Shown here piece by piece: positions 23,743-36,619 of a DNA stretch of 64,000 nucleotides. The notes under the pieces were generated by a model. It was not told where the DNA came from. It was given only the letters and a program-made list of their open reading frames with translations, and searched no databases. The stretch's first letter is position 1; each line of letters opens with the position of its first letter. A program made the position numbers and the translations under genes. Origin of the DNA: Oikopleura dioica (lineage: Eukaryota; Animalia; Chordata); assembly GCA_907165135.1 (NCBI GenBank), contig OU015567.1, positions 10,478,001 through 10,542,000 on the forward strand, in the 5' to 3' direction.

Positions 23743-23951
23743 AAAAAAACTCGGGGACTTAGCTCCGAGAAACTCCACTCTACAGGAGCGAGTTTTTTGA
23801 GTAGCCGGGTTTCCCCGTTCAGTGACGTGGGGCAACCCAATCGTCTCGAGTCGAGAGTCAGGGAGACCTGACAGAGGCGTGAGTCGAACTCGCGCTTCGG
23901 CGAGTCGCAGCGTTGGGCGCTAACCAACGGGCCACCCGGGTGCCGGCCGCC
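23743..23951 (-). ncRNA. ~200-nt GC-rich structured RNA with Pol III A/B boxes and oligo-T terminator (tRNA-derived ncRNA or SINE)
   Basis: A-box-like TGGCCCGTTGG (23924-23934), B box GTTCGACTC (GTTCGAATC in copy 2), series of hairpins, T7 run at 23743-23749. Confidence 0.6.
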
Positions 23952-24456
23952 GTAGCTAAAAACAGGTATGTATTCAGACATAATCGCTGTATTCTAGAAA
24001 GTTACTGGATAAACTTGTCTATTTTAAACATGAAATGTTTTCACTGGAACACAAGAAATCTTATTGATAATTATCACATAGCTGTGATTTTGACGTCCTG
24101 CATAAACAAAGATAACAGACAGTTTTCAAATCTGGAACCATAAAATTTAACCTTGCGAAGCGTCTTGTCAACGTCTGAATTCAAGGAGAACAGCGCTCTG
24201 GAGATTCTCCGCGCCAATCATATGACGCGCTTGAGAAAGCCAGCGGGAAAGAAATTCAAAAAGGACGAAATCTCCAACTTGCGAAGAGAAAAGGATGAGC
24301 TCTTTGGTGAGATTGGCGCAGATCAATTTTTATTCAGCTACTGGTTTTTGCTAAATAATCTATTTTTGTACTTGAAATAACTGAAAACCAAATACAGTAA
24401 GAAATCTTTCCGTAACGCAATGTTTTCTGAAAAAATCCCGTCGTTCGAAAATCGCC

Positions 24457-24714
24457 ATGCGAGAAGGAAAGCGCCACCACATCATGAGCCACAAGCAAGA
24501 AGAACGACACATGATGAAGGAATACAAGAAATCTGAAGATCTGGCGAAGGCAATCAAGAGAGGTGACTACGGGAGAATCTCCACCCATACAAATCGCGAA
24601 GGGAGAATCGAGTTGATCACGGACAAAGGGCAAAAGATTGAAAAGGCGGAGAAGAGGAGAGAGGAAATGGAGAAGAAGAAGGCTCCTAATTATGCCGCTG
24701 CTTCTGTCAGGTAA
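24457..24714 (+). CDS. Uncharacterised small charged protein (first exon; 3' end uncertain)
   Basis: MREGKRHHIMSHKQEERHMMKEY... identical in copy 2 (61186-61443), ends at a GT donor. Confidence 0.55.
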   Translation: MREGKRHHIMSHKQEERHMMKEYKKSEDLAKAIKRGDYGRISTHTNREGRIELITDKGQKIEKAEKRREEMEKKKAPNYAAASVR

Positions 24715-24995
24715 AATTTATAACTGAAAATAGTCAGTCGATAATTAAATTGCGTATTTACTTGATTGTCTGAAAATAGGCGTGTCAGGAATTTGCGACT
24801 CGTAAATAAGGAACTAGGGCAAACTTTATTTCTCCACTGGAGAAGTGGTCATAAAGTCCCTTTTGAATTGATTTGATTTAAATTGAGTTAAGAGCTCACG
24901 AGGATGATCAGTTTCTGGCTCGCTGCGTCCGCCAAGTCGTTCAACAATACGAGAACCGAATAGCGTCGGGCCGCCCTTTCCCGCCCCAGGCTGAG

Positions 24996-27460
24996 ATGAC
25001 CGTCAAAATAGAACTTATCGTCCCTTATGGGTACGTTTTAGTCCATTTAAACGCTAGGCAGAGATTTTTTAGGACTCCTCCACACGTAGAAAGAAGATTG
25101 ATTGAGGAAACGCCGCAAAGTGAGATTGACAAGGAGCCAGCTGAGAAGATCATTAAATACTGGAGCGAAGAAATGCTCAAGCAAGATTTTATTATCAAGA
25201 AAACGCAGAAGAATTCGCATCGACAATGGTCGATTCTAGTCGCGCCTTCCGATAAGTTCATAAATTTGCACAAACGTTAATTTTCCTGGATTTAATTTAA
25301 CAACATGTATTACCGACATTACTGAAGCTTATTTTCAACCTTTCAAGAATGGGATGTCGCTGACAATCGTGCCCGGGCTCCCTAACGGGACGCTGATTTG
25401 CTGCAAACAATACAAAGGAAAGACGTTCTACGGCACTAGTCTCGGAGATTTGCTTTTTGTCGAAGAGGATGGCCTGGGCGAATGTCTTGCTAGCGGGGCG
25501 CCTTCCACAAAACGCCTCAAATTTAATTCGCCAATTTTGAAAATAGATGCTTCCCAAGCTGGACTTGAGACAAACCTATTGCTTTCAACGAAGAACGGGC
25601 TTTATTTAACCCAGTTGCCGGAGCTTGGGTCGTTGCTTCGGTTAGTTTGCATTTTTGAATTTTAAAATTGAAAACGATCAATTCTCATCTATTTTCAGAG
25701 CTCCGAAAACGACTCCGCTAAAAACTGTTGCCGATTGTATTTCGATTCAGAAGAGTTGCTTTACCTGGTGCTCGGCGCAGGTGATTTACTATGGAGAATT
25801 GACTTCCGCTGGATTTCGGAGTCGAAAACTTTCCCATGTCAAATCTCATGTTGTTCAATTGGAGATGAACCTGTCTTATGATATTCTTATCTGTACAAAT
25901 GGTAAGTAATTAAGAAGCAACTGTTAGTAAAGTTGAATTGAGAATCTATTCTCCTCTCAAAAAGAAATGAGCCTGTTGAAATCATCGCCGAAGTGCCTCA
26001 ATTCTCCGCCACAATCACCGGAGCCTGTTTCGATCGCAGCGCTAATGTCATTTTCACCGACACAAGCGGTTGTATCAGAATGATAAACCAAGAAGGCGAC
26101 GCACTCTGGGAAACAACAATGGGTTATCAGGTGATTTTACGGTTACCGAACCAGTTGCGACCGGACTCCGGAGTATATCGATTTATATAAAAGCAGTCTG
26201 AGATGCGAGAATTTTGAATATTTATTATGTTCAACATTAAGCTCTCATTGGTACTATTCTCGATCATCAATCACTGATAATCGGTCTAAAATATGAGTGT
26301 TTTAGTCTGGATTTCGACCAGGCAATCTCCTCTATCTTTCTACACGTATTCTATCCCACACGAAATCATCCCTTTGCGCTGTAAACATTCTTGAATCAGA
26401 CCATTCACCAGTACTCTACAGTATCTCAGGGTCAGTCCAGAACGTGAGCGGCTACGGTGGCTCCGAATTTATCGTTATTTCTGGTGGAAAGGCGATGAAA
26501 TCAATCGCCGCTCGGAAATCTGTCCATCGACCGGAACCCAAGCCCAGAATCGAAGAATCAGAAACGGTCGATTTGGATAAAGCTTTCAGTGCTGCGCGCG
26601 GCTTTTTCTCGCAGATCAAGAGACAGGTTTCCAAATCGAAACAGCCTGTGTTCAATAAAGTCAAGGTAAAAGGATCATTCCAGATTTCTGACTCAGATCA
26701 GTTGCTCTTTGAACTTTCTTCTGTAAACTTTGCGACGTCATTTTTTATTAATTTCGAAGTTAACGAGCAGCGGAAGCTACTGGTTGCAATCCTCTAAAGA
26801 ATTTCCTTGTAGCAAGTGACAGAGAGCTTATCGCGCGAGATACGACGAGAGATTTTCGACGATGAGATTTTCATCAATGAGAGCACCGAAAAAGACGAGA
26901 AAGCGGGGCAAATCAATGAGGGCGAAAAAGAGCGTTCAAAGTTGAACACTCCCAGTCCCACCCCGCTAGACACAGACACACTTATCATCGAACGTAAAAT
27001 AAAACCGCAAATCAAGAAGAAAAAGAAAGAGAAAAACGATATTCCCTGCATTCCTCCGCACGAGAGCCCTGTTTCCCAAGACGCAGAGAAACAATTACCG
27101 ATTATTGGAAAATCGACGACAGATATTAACCAGAGAGAAATAAACGCACAAGAGATTGCCGAAGCAATAAACAAAGCCTGTTTTAAGGTTGACGAAGAAA
27201 ACTCAACAGAAAGTTCCACTTCAAGCCAATGTGAGTAAAGTTAATCAAAAACAGTTCGTTATCCTAAAAATACCTGTTCAGCACAATTCACGATCCCAAT
27301 TATAACTTCCGCACTTTCAACTTCCTCACTGTCTACTCCCAAGTCTTCCTCACCTTCCAACTCTTGGATCATCATCGACGACGAGCAACCTGCAGCGGCC
27401 GAATCCTCCTCACCTTCCGATTACGATGAAGTCATCAATTCGTGCTACGACGAAATCTAA
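24996..27460 (+). CDS. Uncharacterised multi-exon gene(s), probable beta-propeller N-terminal part and acidic/disordered C-terminus
   Basis: Chain of short-intron-separated ORFs (TFYGTSLGDLLFV, VIFTDTSGCIRMI, LWETTMG) conserved in copy 2; may be more than one gene. Confidence 0.55.
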
Positions 27461-28404
27461 CCCATATTCATAAATAATTACCAGAGAGTCTTTCACATAT
27501 CTCACCATAATGCTCTTACATTATTATTGATATTACAAATATGGTACAACCAATTCATTTCAAATTCAAATTCATGTAAAATTACTAGAGCGCAAAAGAC
27601 TGAATTCTTTAGAAGGTGATTTTGTTGGCTGATCGTACCTGTATGCAGAGAACCTTGTCAATTCCCGGTCTAACGATCGCCAACAAAGTCAGGTATTTAA
27701 TATTATACTTTTCAGTGACTAAAAAGCGGAGAAATTCAGCTCACTCGGCTGGCTTATTATGCACAAGCTGCCAGTTGCAGTCCATTTGGATCCTCGCTAC
27801 GTGGGAATCAGCTTCCGCCTCGGAGGCAGAGAAACCTTCTGAATCGCAGACGTCAGGAGAATTTCCCGACTACTCTTTCCTAGGCTAGGAAAGCTCCTTG
27901 CTCACCACTGTCTCTAGAATATTAAAAATTATCGCAGCAAATACGGCGTCCGTCTGTAGCCGAGTTCAGTTGGACGTAACTCGCCATGGATTACTCTTTT
28001 GGGGAAAGCACTCCCTTCAGGTAACTGCTAGAGCGTTAAACTGTCTAAAACATTACTTTATCCAAGACGTTATTCTACCATATCGAGATCCTTGCTTTTT
28101 CGGAATATATGGCGTAAGTTCAATCTGTGGTATTAGAGCTAACCCTTTCTGAGAGCACTTCGTTATACAGTTAGCACTAAAATAATTAAAAATTAATAAA
28201 TTTAAATTCAATCAAAGATGAAACCTCCCAAAAAAGTTGCATCATTGAATCATCATTAGATAGACTCCTTTCCGAAAGTTCTTTAAAAATGATTGAACTT
28301 GTCTGGAAACCCACTAATATCTCTTCGTCCGTCTGTCTATCAGACATTTAGCTTACATTTTAAATTCTTCCTTTACGTCAATAACCTCACAGTTTCTCTC
28401 CCAG

Positions 28405-31400
28405 GAGTAATCGGCGGCACAATCGAAATCGCTCTCACCGCGCTCCCGCAGCGAGTGACTGGGTCTATAACGTTTTCAAGCAGAGAGAGTGTGTTAAATT
28501 TGTTCCCTCACCTTCCGGAGACATCCATCGTTGTAGTTGCGGTCGCGCGCATAAATATCATATACAGGTAACTAAAATGACACTGTTAGTACCAATATTT
28601 ACAAAGATTTGCAGGGAGATCAATCTGCTTTTGTGTCGCTCCACTGGAAATCAGAGGAGCAAGCCGAGTGGAGTGTACGGATGAATACGAAAGAATTCCG
28701 AACAAATGCCGTTGGCACTCTGGAATTCCAAGGAACAGGAGAAGGAGACAAGGCGCAATTTATAAGACTGTCGGATAGCACTAGCGGAGCGAATGTTCAT
28801 CGTTTGTTAACAAAAGAGTGGCAAATGGAGCTGCCAAAACTCGTCATCACTGTTCATGGCTCTGAAAAGCGGTTGGATCTGACAGCAGGCCAGCGGCAGC
28901 TATTGATATCTGGGTTGATCAAGGCGACGCGAACGACAGACGCTTGGATCATGTCGATTGGGCTGTCAAGCGAAGGTGGAATCGGCGAACTTGTAGGTCA
29001 AGCGCTGACCGAGCATCAACTCTACGCTCGTGGTCGAGTTTCGGCCATTGGAGTAATGCCATGGGGAGTAGTAGACAATCGCGACGATTTACAAAACGAC
29101 GATAAACTCAAGACCGGGGCGGTCCCTTATCAAACCATGGCCGACCCGCTTTCTAAGGGAGCAGTTCTCAACGCCGCGCACACTCACTTTCTCATGGTTG
29201 ATAATGGCTCAGTGGGAAAATGGAGGACGGAGATACGCTTTCGCCGAGCGATCGAAAAAGAGCTTGTGAAGAAACATAACGTCCCGATGGTTTGTTTGAT
29301 CATTGAGGGCGACCGGACAACTTTAGAAACAGTATTGAAGAAAGTGATGGAAGGAATTCCAGTCGTAGTATGTGTTCCCGCACAGAAGAATGAATCTATA
29401 CGCAACGCTGCTGATCTGATTGCGTATGCGTATCACTTGTCAGATAGCAAGGGCGATATATCAAAGGAGAATCGCGCTCAAATGGAAGAACTTCTCACTT
29501 CGCACAAGAATGCGGATCAGTTCAACAGGGGAACGATTTTGAATTTGACTAGGATGATGTCTTTCAAGCGCCTCATCAAAATTTTTTGGATGGATTTGCA
29601 TGGAACTGACAACGTAGCGACCCGAAACTTGGACTACGCGATTCTCACATCGTTATTTTCAACTAGCGCAGAGAAAAAGAAGACGGACCCCGATAACTGG
29701 CTGAAAATGGCTATGTCTTGGGATCGACCTGACATAGCGCGAAGTCATGTCTTCGCATTTCCGTACGCGAAAAATTTCCCAGTTGGCTCACTGAGAAAGC
29801 GGCTGGAGGAAGCACTTGTTAATGATAAAGTGGAATTTGTGAAGCTTTTCATGGACCATGGTGTGTCTATGCACAAGTTTCTCACAATAAAGCGTCTAGA
29901 GGATCTTTACAATGCGGATAAACCTGATTACCTTCCACAGCATTTGAAATATTTACTTGACGATGTTTCGCGAGAGAAGAGAGTGCCAAAGGGCGCAAGA
30001 AGAATTAATCTCATTCAAATCGGTCTGGTCATTGAAGGGCTTATGGGCGGAACATACCGGTCAAACTACACACGAAAGAAGTTCCATTTATATTACAAGC
30101 AAACAGAGTCTCAGACTTCTAACAATGAAAACTTCAAGAACCCTTTTCATGAGCTTCTCATCTGGGCAGTGCTTATGAAGCGACAAGAAATGGCAATCTT
30201 CATGTGGCAAAAGGGCGAAGAAGCCATGGCCAAAGCTCTCATAGCTATGAAACTATACAGACGGATGGCACAAGAAGCTGACGACGATGATCTGAATCAA
30301 GAAGAAATTGAAACAATGAGACTATACTCGGATCAGTTCAAACAAAAGGCCCTTGACATTCTTAAACTTGGGTACAAAGACAGCGACAAGATGTGTTATC
30401 AACTTCTGACATACGAGTTAAAATCCTGGTCTCGTCACACTTGCCTTTCTTTAGCAGTTCTCGCGCAGCATCGCGACCTGATTGCGCATCCTTGTGTACA
30501 GAACATCATCACTGATTTATGGATGGGAGCGCTGGATATAAGAAGAAATTCCAATATAAAGGTTCCAATATCTCTGGTTACCCTATGGCCGCTCTTCACA
30601 ACCATTCTTCATCCATTTCCTTCATTTCGTAATGTCATACAATTCATCAAGTTCAAAACGTCCGAGCAGCTGAGAGAAATCCCAAAGACTCTTCAGGAAT
30701 ATCTAGACGAGTGCGAAGATGATCATGGCTTTTCAACCAGACACAATGAAACCTCGACCACGTCATCCACTTCGTCCACATCTAGGTACCATTTCATATA
30801 GCCAAATATTCTTAAATTGTTTCAATAGTTCAGATGAAGAAAAGCGATTCGGCTCACGTAACATCGCTTCAGAAGAAAAAAGCTCTTTGGTGACGAGTGC
30901 TGGTGCCAGACGTGACCAATTTAGCCGAGGGTGTATTCGAGGATCAAATGGTACTCAATCGACAAAAGACGCAGATCAAAAGGTTCATTTTCTTTTGGAG
31001 CCGTCGGCTACGCAAGAGCATCCTCCTGAGCCAATCTTCACGTCAAAAATGGTCCTGACGCCAGAAACGCCAGGATCAAACGATCTTGGACTCACGCGAA
31101 AGATCTACGAGTACTTCAACGCACCAATAACGAAATATTGGTTCAATATTATTATGTACGTTGTGTTCATTCTTTCGATCAGTTATACAGTTCTGGTCAG
31201 AATGTGCCCATGGACTATTCCTGATGTTGAATGGTTTGTGGTATCTTATGTTGTCACTTTTGCAATTGAAAACATCCGTTCAATATCAATTTCGACTTCG
31301 CGTGGAGTTTGGTCAAAATTTCGGCACTGGCATTCAAAATTTTGGAATTTACTTGAAACCTTCGCAATAATCACTTTTCTATTTGGCTTTGGACTTCGTC

Positions 31401-33446
31401 TACAAGTGTTTACGGATAAAGAAACGCTTGGCGGAAATGAAACATCCTGTGGAGAATTCTACGAGCGGGCGGTTAGCAAGAACTCATCTGATGAACTTCG
31501 CAAAGCATACGAAGAACTTGCATATGGCCGCGTTCTCTGTGTCACATCAGTTGTTCTTTGGTGGATTCGCATTCTCAAATTCTTATCAGTTCATAAAACT
31601 ATTGGTCCTTACATTACCATGGCTGGAAAGATGCTCATTGACATGAGCTCTTTTATAACAATCCTTGCAGTCGTTTTGATCTCTTTTGGACTTTCAAGAC
31701 AATCGATTATTCACGACAGAAGTGAATCGCTAACCTGGCAAACTATTTGGGGAGTTTTTCACAAGCCATATTTTATGTTGTATGGCGAGGTTTATGCCCC
31801 CGAAATCGATCCTTACTATGACGATTCCGGCGATCTCATCCCAGGTGTAAACCCAGGTGCTTGGGTTGTTCCTGTTTTCAATACACTGTATCTCCTCGTT
31901 GCGAATATCTTGCTGATAAATCTACTCATCGCTGTATTCAACAACACTTTCGCACGTGTAAAAGTGGAATCGCATCAAATATGGGCCTGCCAGCGATACG
32001 AAGTCATCATGCAGTACGAGGCGCATCCAATTTTCCCACCACCCTTTATTTTCATAAGCCATTTGAAAATGCTCATCGACAAGATATTTTGCTCAAAAAC
32101 AAAAGGAAAATTCGAAGCTGATCGAGGGCTCAAACTCTTTCTGGCAGATTTTGAAGAAGAAAATCTTCATGATTGGGAAGAAGAGCTTATCGATGACTAC
32201 GAACGGATGAAGAGACGTGAGGATAATAAGCGATTCGAGGAACAAGTAAAGACGAACGCGGAGAAGCTTAGAAAAATTTCATCGCATTTGGATGATGTTG
32301 AAATAAGAGACAGCCAACTAAGAGTGACTATAGGACTGGTTTTTAATATGAAAATATTAAATCGAATAATCATTACTTATGGTTCATAAGCATCTTATGT
32401 AAAACCAAGTATAAGAAGAACTTTCTGAAGAAGTTGGCAAAGTCCGTGATCTTGTGCTTGCTTTGTCCAATAATCCTGGGAGTGCGGAGCTCTGCGACGT
32501 ACCTCTGGAATATCCATCAATAAACCTCACCAAAGAAAAAGAATCGCAAGCTACGGGAGTCGCAATAGAAGAGACTCGGAAATGTCTTGTCATTTGGAAG
32601 ATCTACGGTTCCGCGAATCAACACTTCGCGAGTCAGAAAGCATGGAAGATATCATAGAAGATACAGTGCGGCCTGTTACTGATGCTGCTTCCGATACATC
32701 TGACGCTCCTGTTATCAATCGGACCAGAAGTTGTTGTGATCTTCAAGCACTCATGTGGACAAATGATCCTCGACCTCAATCATCTTCGCCAAGTAGAAGA
32801 GGATCCATGCCAGCTCATTCTCTCATGCAAAATAAAAATGGACGAACGTAAATTCCTTTTAAATATTTAAAAATAAATCTTATTATTCAAGTTCGCTGAA
32901 GCCACTCAATCTGTCGCATATCTCACACGCAAAGGATTCGGGAAATATTTCCGAAGACTCTCCCAGAACACCTCCACCATCACTCAACGTTGTTAGTCTG
33001 CATTCCCCAGGGCGCTCATCTCGAAATAGAAACCGGCCGTTCATGATTAATTCTTCGAACTCGTCCGATGACAATCTTGGAGATTACTCCGCCATGTCCT
33101 CAGCCAAATCGATGGCAGATCGTAAGAAATATCGGGCTTGTAAGATAAACTAAAAACTTCTAGCAAATCGGAGTCACTCTCCCGAAATGAAAATGTCTCT
33201 TCTTCGGAAAATCCAGTCCAAAGTTCTCCTGAAAGAAAATGCCGCAGCATCAAGATTGCGTCGTCCTCCAAGGGTACCCAAACTTAGACGAAATCAAAGC
33301 CTCAACTGAATTAATTTGAATTCATCAAAACTTATGCAAAATTCTAGCGGCGACGATTAAAACGACTAAAAACTGTTGATATCAAGGATGAGGAGCGCGC
33401 CCAGGATGGATACCAATCCGAAATCCTCAACGATCTCTATAACTAA
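28405..33446 (+). CDS. TRPM: TRPM-family cation channel (TRPM1/3/6/7-like, no alpha-kinase); true start upstream uncertain
   Basis: WVYNVFKQRECVKF..HRCSCGR, EWQMELPKLVITVHG, LNAAHTHFLMVDNG, SWDRPDIARSHVF, FHELLIWAVLMKRQEMAIFMWQKGEEAMAKAL, IGPYITMAGKM, PYFMLYGEVYA, ANILLINLLIAVFNNTF, IWACQRY. Confidence 0.95.
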
Positions 33447-33826
33447 CACCAAAACTAGACTTGACAATTTTTTCTTAACTCTACTTATTTAAGTTCATTT
33501 TCCTTACTTTTATATTTGAAAGAGCCAACTTCAAAATCTGTCTTCAATGTTTATTTACTGTACATAAATTTACGCCCTCTTCTCTGTGTACTCGTTATGT
33601 TATGTTTATAGAGAAAACTGATCCAACTTATTAAACAATATATTTATGTTTTGTAGCCTTCAAGTTTTTTAACATTGTGATACTTTACGTTCAACTATTA
33701 GTGACACTATCTTACCTATCTGTAATTTGCAGTTATTCCTGAGTATTCCGCAAAAACTACTAGACCTAATCTTTGAAAAGCAAAAACAAGGTGAATGCAG
33801 AGGCTTTATTACACCTTTTAGGAAAA

Positions 33827-36477
33827 ATGTTTATTTCAAATGAATCGGTTTCGGATGAATACATGGTTGATTGGGGAGAGAGACTTGGTTGTGGAATGAA
33901 CGGGTCTGTCAGGAGTGCGAAGAGTAGATCCACCGGTGATGATTACGCTGTCAAAGTGAGCCTTTTCGAATAGCGGTTTCTGAAAATGATGATTTTTAGG
34001 TGATTCGGGATCGTCCACGAGCTCGGGCAGAAGTAGAAATGCACTCAACAGTAATGGGCCACGAAAACGTCGTTCAGCTTCACGAAGTATTCTGCAATGA
34101 GTTAAAAGTACATTCTCTGCCTTGATTCTGAATAACAATTCACATTAGTTTCCGGGCGAATCTGATGCCACAGCAAAGCTCATTCTTATTATGGAGAAAA
34201 TGAAAGGTGGTGAGCTTTTTCAACGCATTGCTGATCATCATCATTTTACGGAAAGAGAAGCAGTCAAAGCAACAAAACAAATTGTACAAGCTGTCTATCA
34301 TCTTCATGTTGTCCATAATGTCGCGCATCGTGATCTCAAGCCAGAAAACCTTCTCTACGTCGATAAAACCGAAGACGCTGTTTTAAAAGTGTGCGATTTT
34401 GGCTTCGCGAAGATCGACAACAATGACCTCGCTACTCCTCAATTCACCCCTTATTACGCGTCACCGCAAGTTCTCGAAGCCCAGAAACGCTACAAGCAGG
34501 GCTGCCCAATCGGACAAAAAATCTTGGTCTCGGCGATCCGATTCCGATCCGATCCGATCCGAACCTCATCCGATCGGATTTTCCAATTCCGATCGGAAAC
34601 ATGTCCGATCGGAAAATTTTCCGATCGGAAAAATCAAGGAAGATTTTCAATTTTCAAAAAGTGGCAGTTTTTTCAATAGTGTTCATGGCAACAGTAGAAA
34701 CAGGTATTTTTAAACTGCTGCAAAATGGTGGATCAATTTTGACTTCCTATGACGTCATGAATCCGGAATTTCAGACTGGTCGTTGGGGACAAAATAAAAT
34801 TGAAAATGCTTACAGTCTATAGATCTGCAATTTCATCACTTAGGGGTGTTCCTTTCATCAATATCAAACACTCTTGACATGTTTGGCGGAAACACCAGTG
34901 TTGGTGGTGGATTAATGACGTCATCAAGATTTTTTCCTATGATTTTAGTGTATTTTTGAGCAGCTGATCACTCCACCGCCAGTAATGGTGTTGACACCAA
35001 AAGCTTATTTAATACACTACAGACCCTCCCCAACTTGGTGCAAAAGAGAGAATTGAAATATCTCGACTCACACCTCCACCAATTTGGAGCAGAATAAAGA
35101 AAAATTAAGTCTAGAAAAAAAAACCTATGTGAATAAAGTCCCTGGCCTATGGAATTATGTCCCTGGCCTATGTGAATTTAGTCCCTGGCGTCATTTTTGG
35201 TAGCTTTTTAGTGGTTCGATCCGACGGGGATCCGAATTTTCCGATCGGAAATTCCGATCCGATTTTCCCGATCGGACATGAAAAAAATTTCCTCATCCGA
35301 TCCGACCGATTACCGATCCGATTCCGATTGGATCGGATTTCCGATCGGATTCCGATCCGATTGGGCAGCCCTGCTACAAGCGCGACAAAGCCTATACCTA
35401 CTCCAAGTCCTGTGATATCTGGTCCCTGGGTGTTATAATTTATATTATGCTCGGGGGTTATCCACCGTTCTATCCAGCCCAGGCGGCGAGAAAGGGGATC
35501 GATAAAGTCATGAAGAAGAGAATTGCAAATGCAGAGTTTGAATTCCCAGATAGAGAATGGGAGATGGTCTCGGACAATGCGAAAGATCTTATAAAAGGGT
35601 AAATCAATCACTTTATATTTAAAGAAGACGCTTTTTTGGCAAGTTTGATATCAAGCGTAGAATCTTTAGGAATTCCCAATGAAAACACTTCAGGCTTTTG
35701 TCGAAAGCTTATTAAAGAGATTTTTTGGCATCTTTAACTATTCATATTATTATTTAGGCTACTTGTGGTCGATCCAGAGAAGAGGATGAATATTGAAGAA
35801 GTGATGCAACACCCGTGGCTAATTTCCGATGCGCCAGATATTCCCCTCTTCTCACCGCATTTTATCAAATCTAAGGCCTGGTTTCTTTTAATATTTGTTA
35901 TCTTATTCATTTGAAATGACCAAATAAAGATTTTTGAGATTATCATTATTAATTATTAACATAAAAGCTCAACCACTTCTAAGGATGCTCTTGCAACTGC
36001 ACTTGCAGCAGGAAATCGTCGCCTTAGAACTGTGGAACTCGCTCCTGTCGAAACTGCGTACAATCCAATATTAATTCGAGCAAAGCAGCGCCAAAAATCT
36101 ACAACGTTTACACCTGCTGAGTCGATCTACCAAGGGGACGCAGCGAACTTAGAAGCGCCAGTCGATATGTCGTTACAAATTAACATCTTGAGAACAGCAC
36201 TCTGGTACTCTTAGTCAATCTCTTTTCGGTTATTAGAGGCTAATAACTACCTTAGAAATACAGCAAGTTCTCTCTCTAAAACAACTACTTCAGCCACTTG
36301 CTAAACCTCCTGCACATGAAGAGCGAAGATCGCATCCGCTCATCAGACTGGGAGGCCTGGGAAAACCTCGTTCGAGTCACTCCCGCTCTCAGTCACTATG
36401 CTCGCTACGATAGCAAACACATTACGAATCAAATCGCTCTCAGTCTTCAAAAGACCATAGTCGCCATGAAGGAGTAG
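33827..36477 (+). CDS. MAPKAPK5: MAP kinase-activated protein kinase 5 (MK5/PRAK), interrupted by MITE E; 3' end uncertain (36214-36477)
   Basis: MEKMKGGELFQRIADHHHFTEREA, AHRDLKPENLL, CDFGFAKIDNNDLATPQFTPYYASPQVLEAQ, YTYSKSCDIWSLGVIIYIMLGGYPPFY. Confidence 0.95.
34497..35373. mobile_element. MITE E, hAT-like, 877 bp, TIR CAGGGCTGCCCAATCGGA, 7-bp TSD CTACAAG, TCCGA/TCGGA subterminal repeats
   Basis: TSD 34490-34496 and 35374-35380; removing the element plus one TSD restores the kinase frame (KRYKRDKAYTYSKSCD). Confidence 0.95.
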
Positions 36478-36619
36478 TCGAACTCTTTTTCACCATTTGT
36501 GAATCGCAAATTTTACGTTTGAAAATTCACTCTGTCTTTTCTTTCTTCCAGCAATCATTCCTTTTTCTTCAATAAATTTCTTATCCCTTACCATTCTTTT
36601 CATATCTTCTTCTACTAGA

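Noticed and set aside
23743-23951. Identity as a functional tRNA, RNase P/MRP, SRP or telomerase RNA
   Set aside because: Acceptor and anticodon stems do not pair; no CR-I before the CR-V-like motif; no SRP S-domain; CTAACCAAC is not a TTAGGG template.
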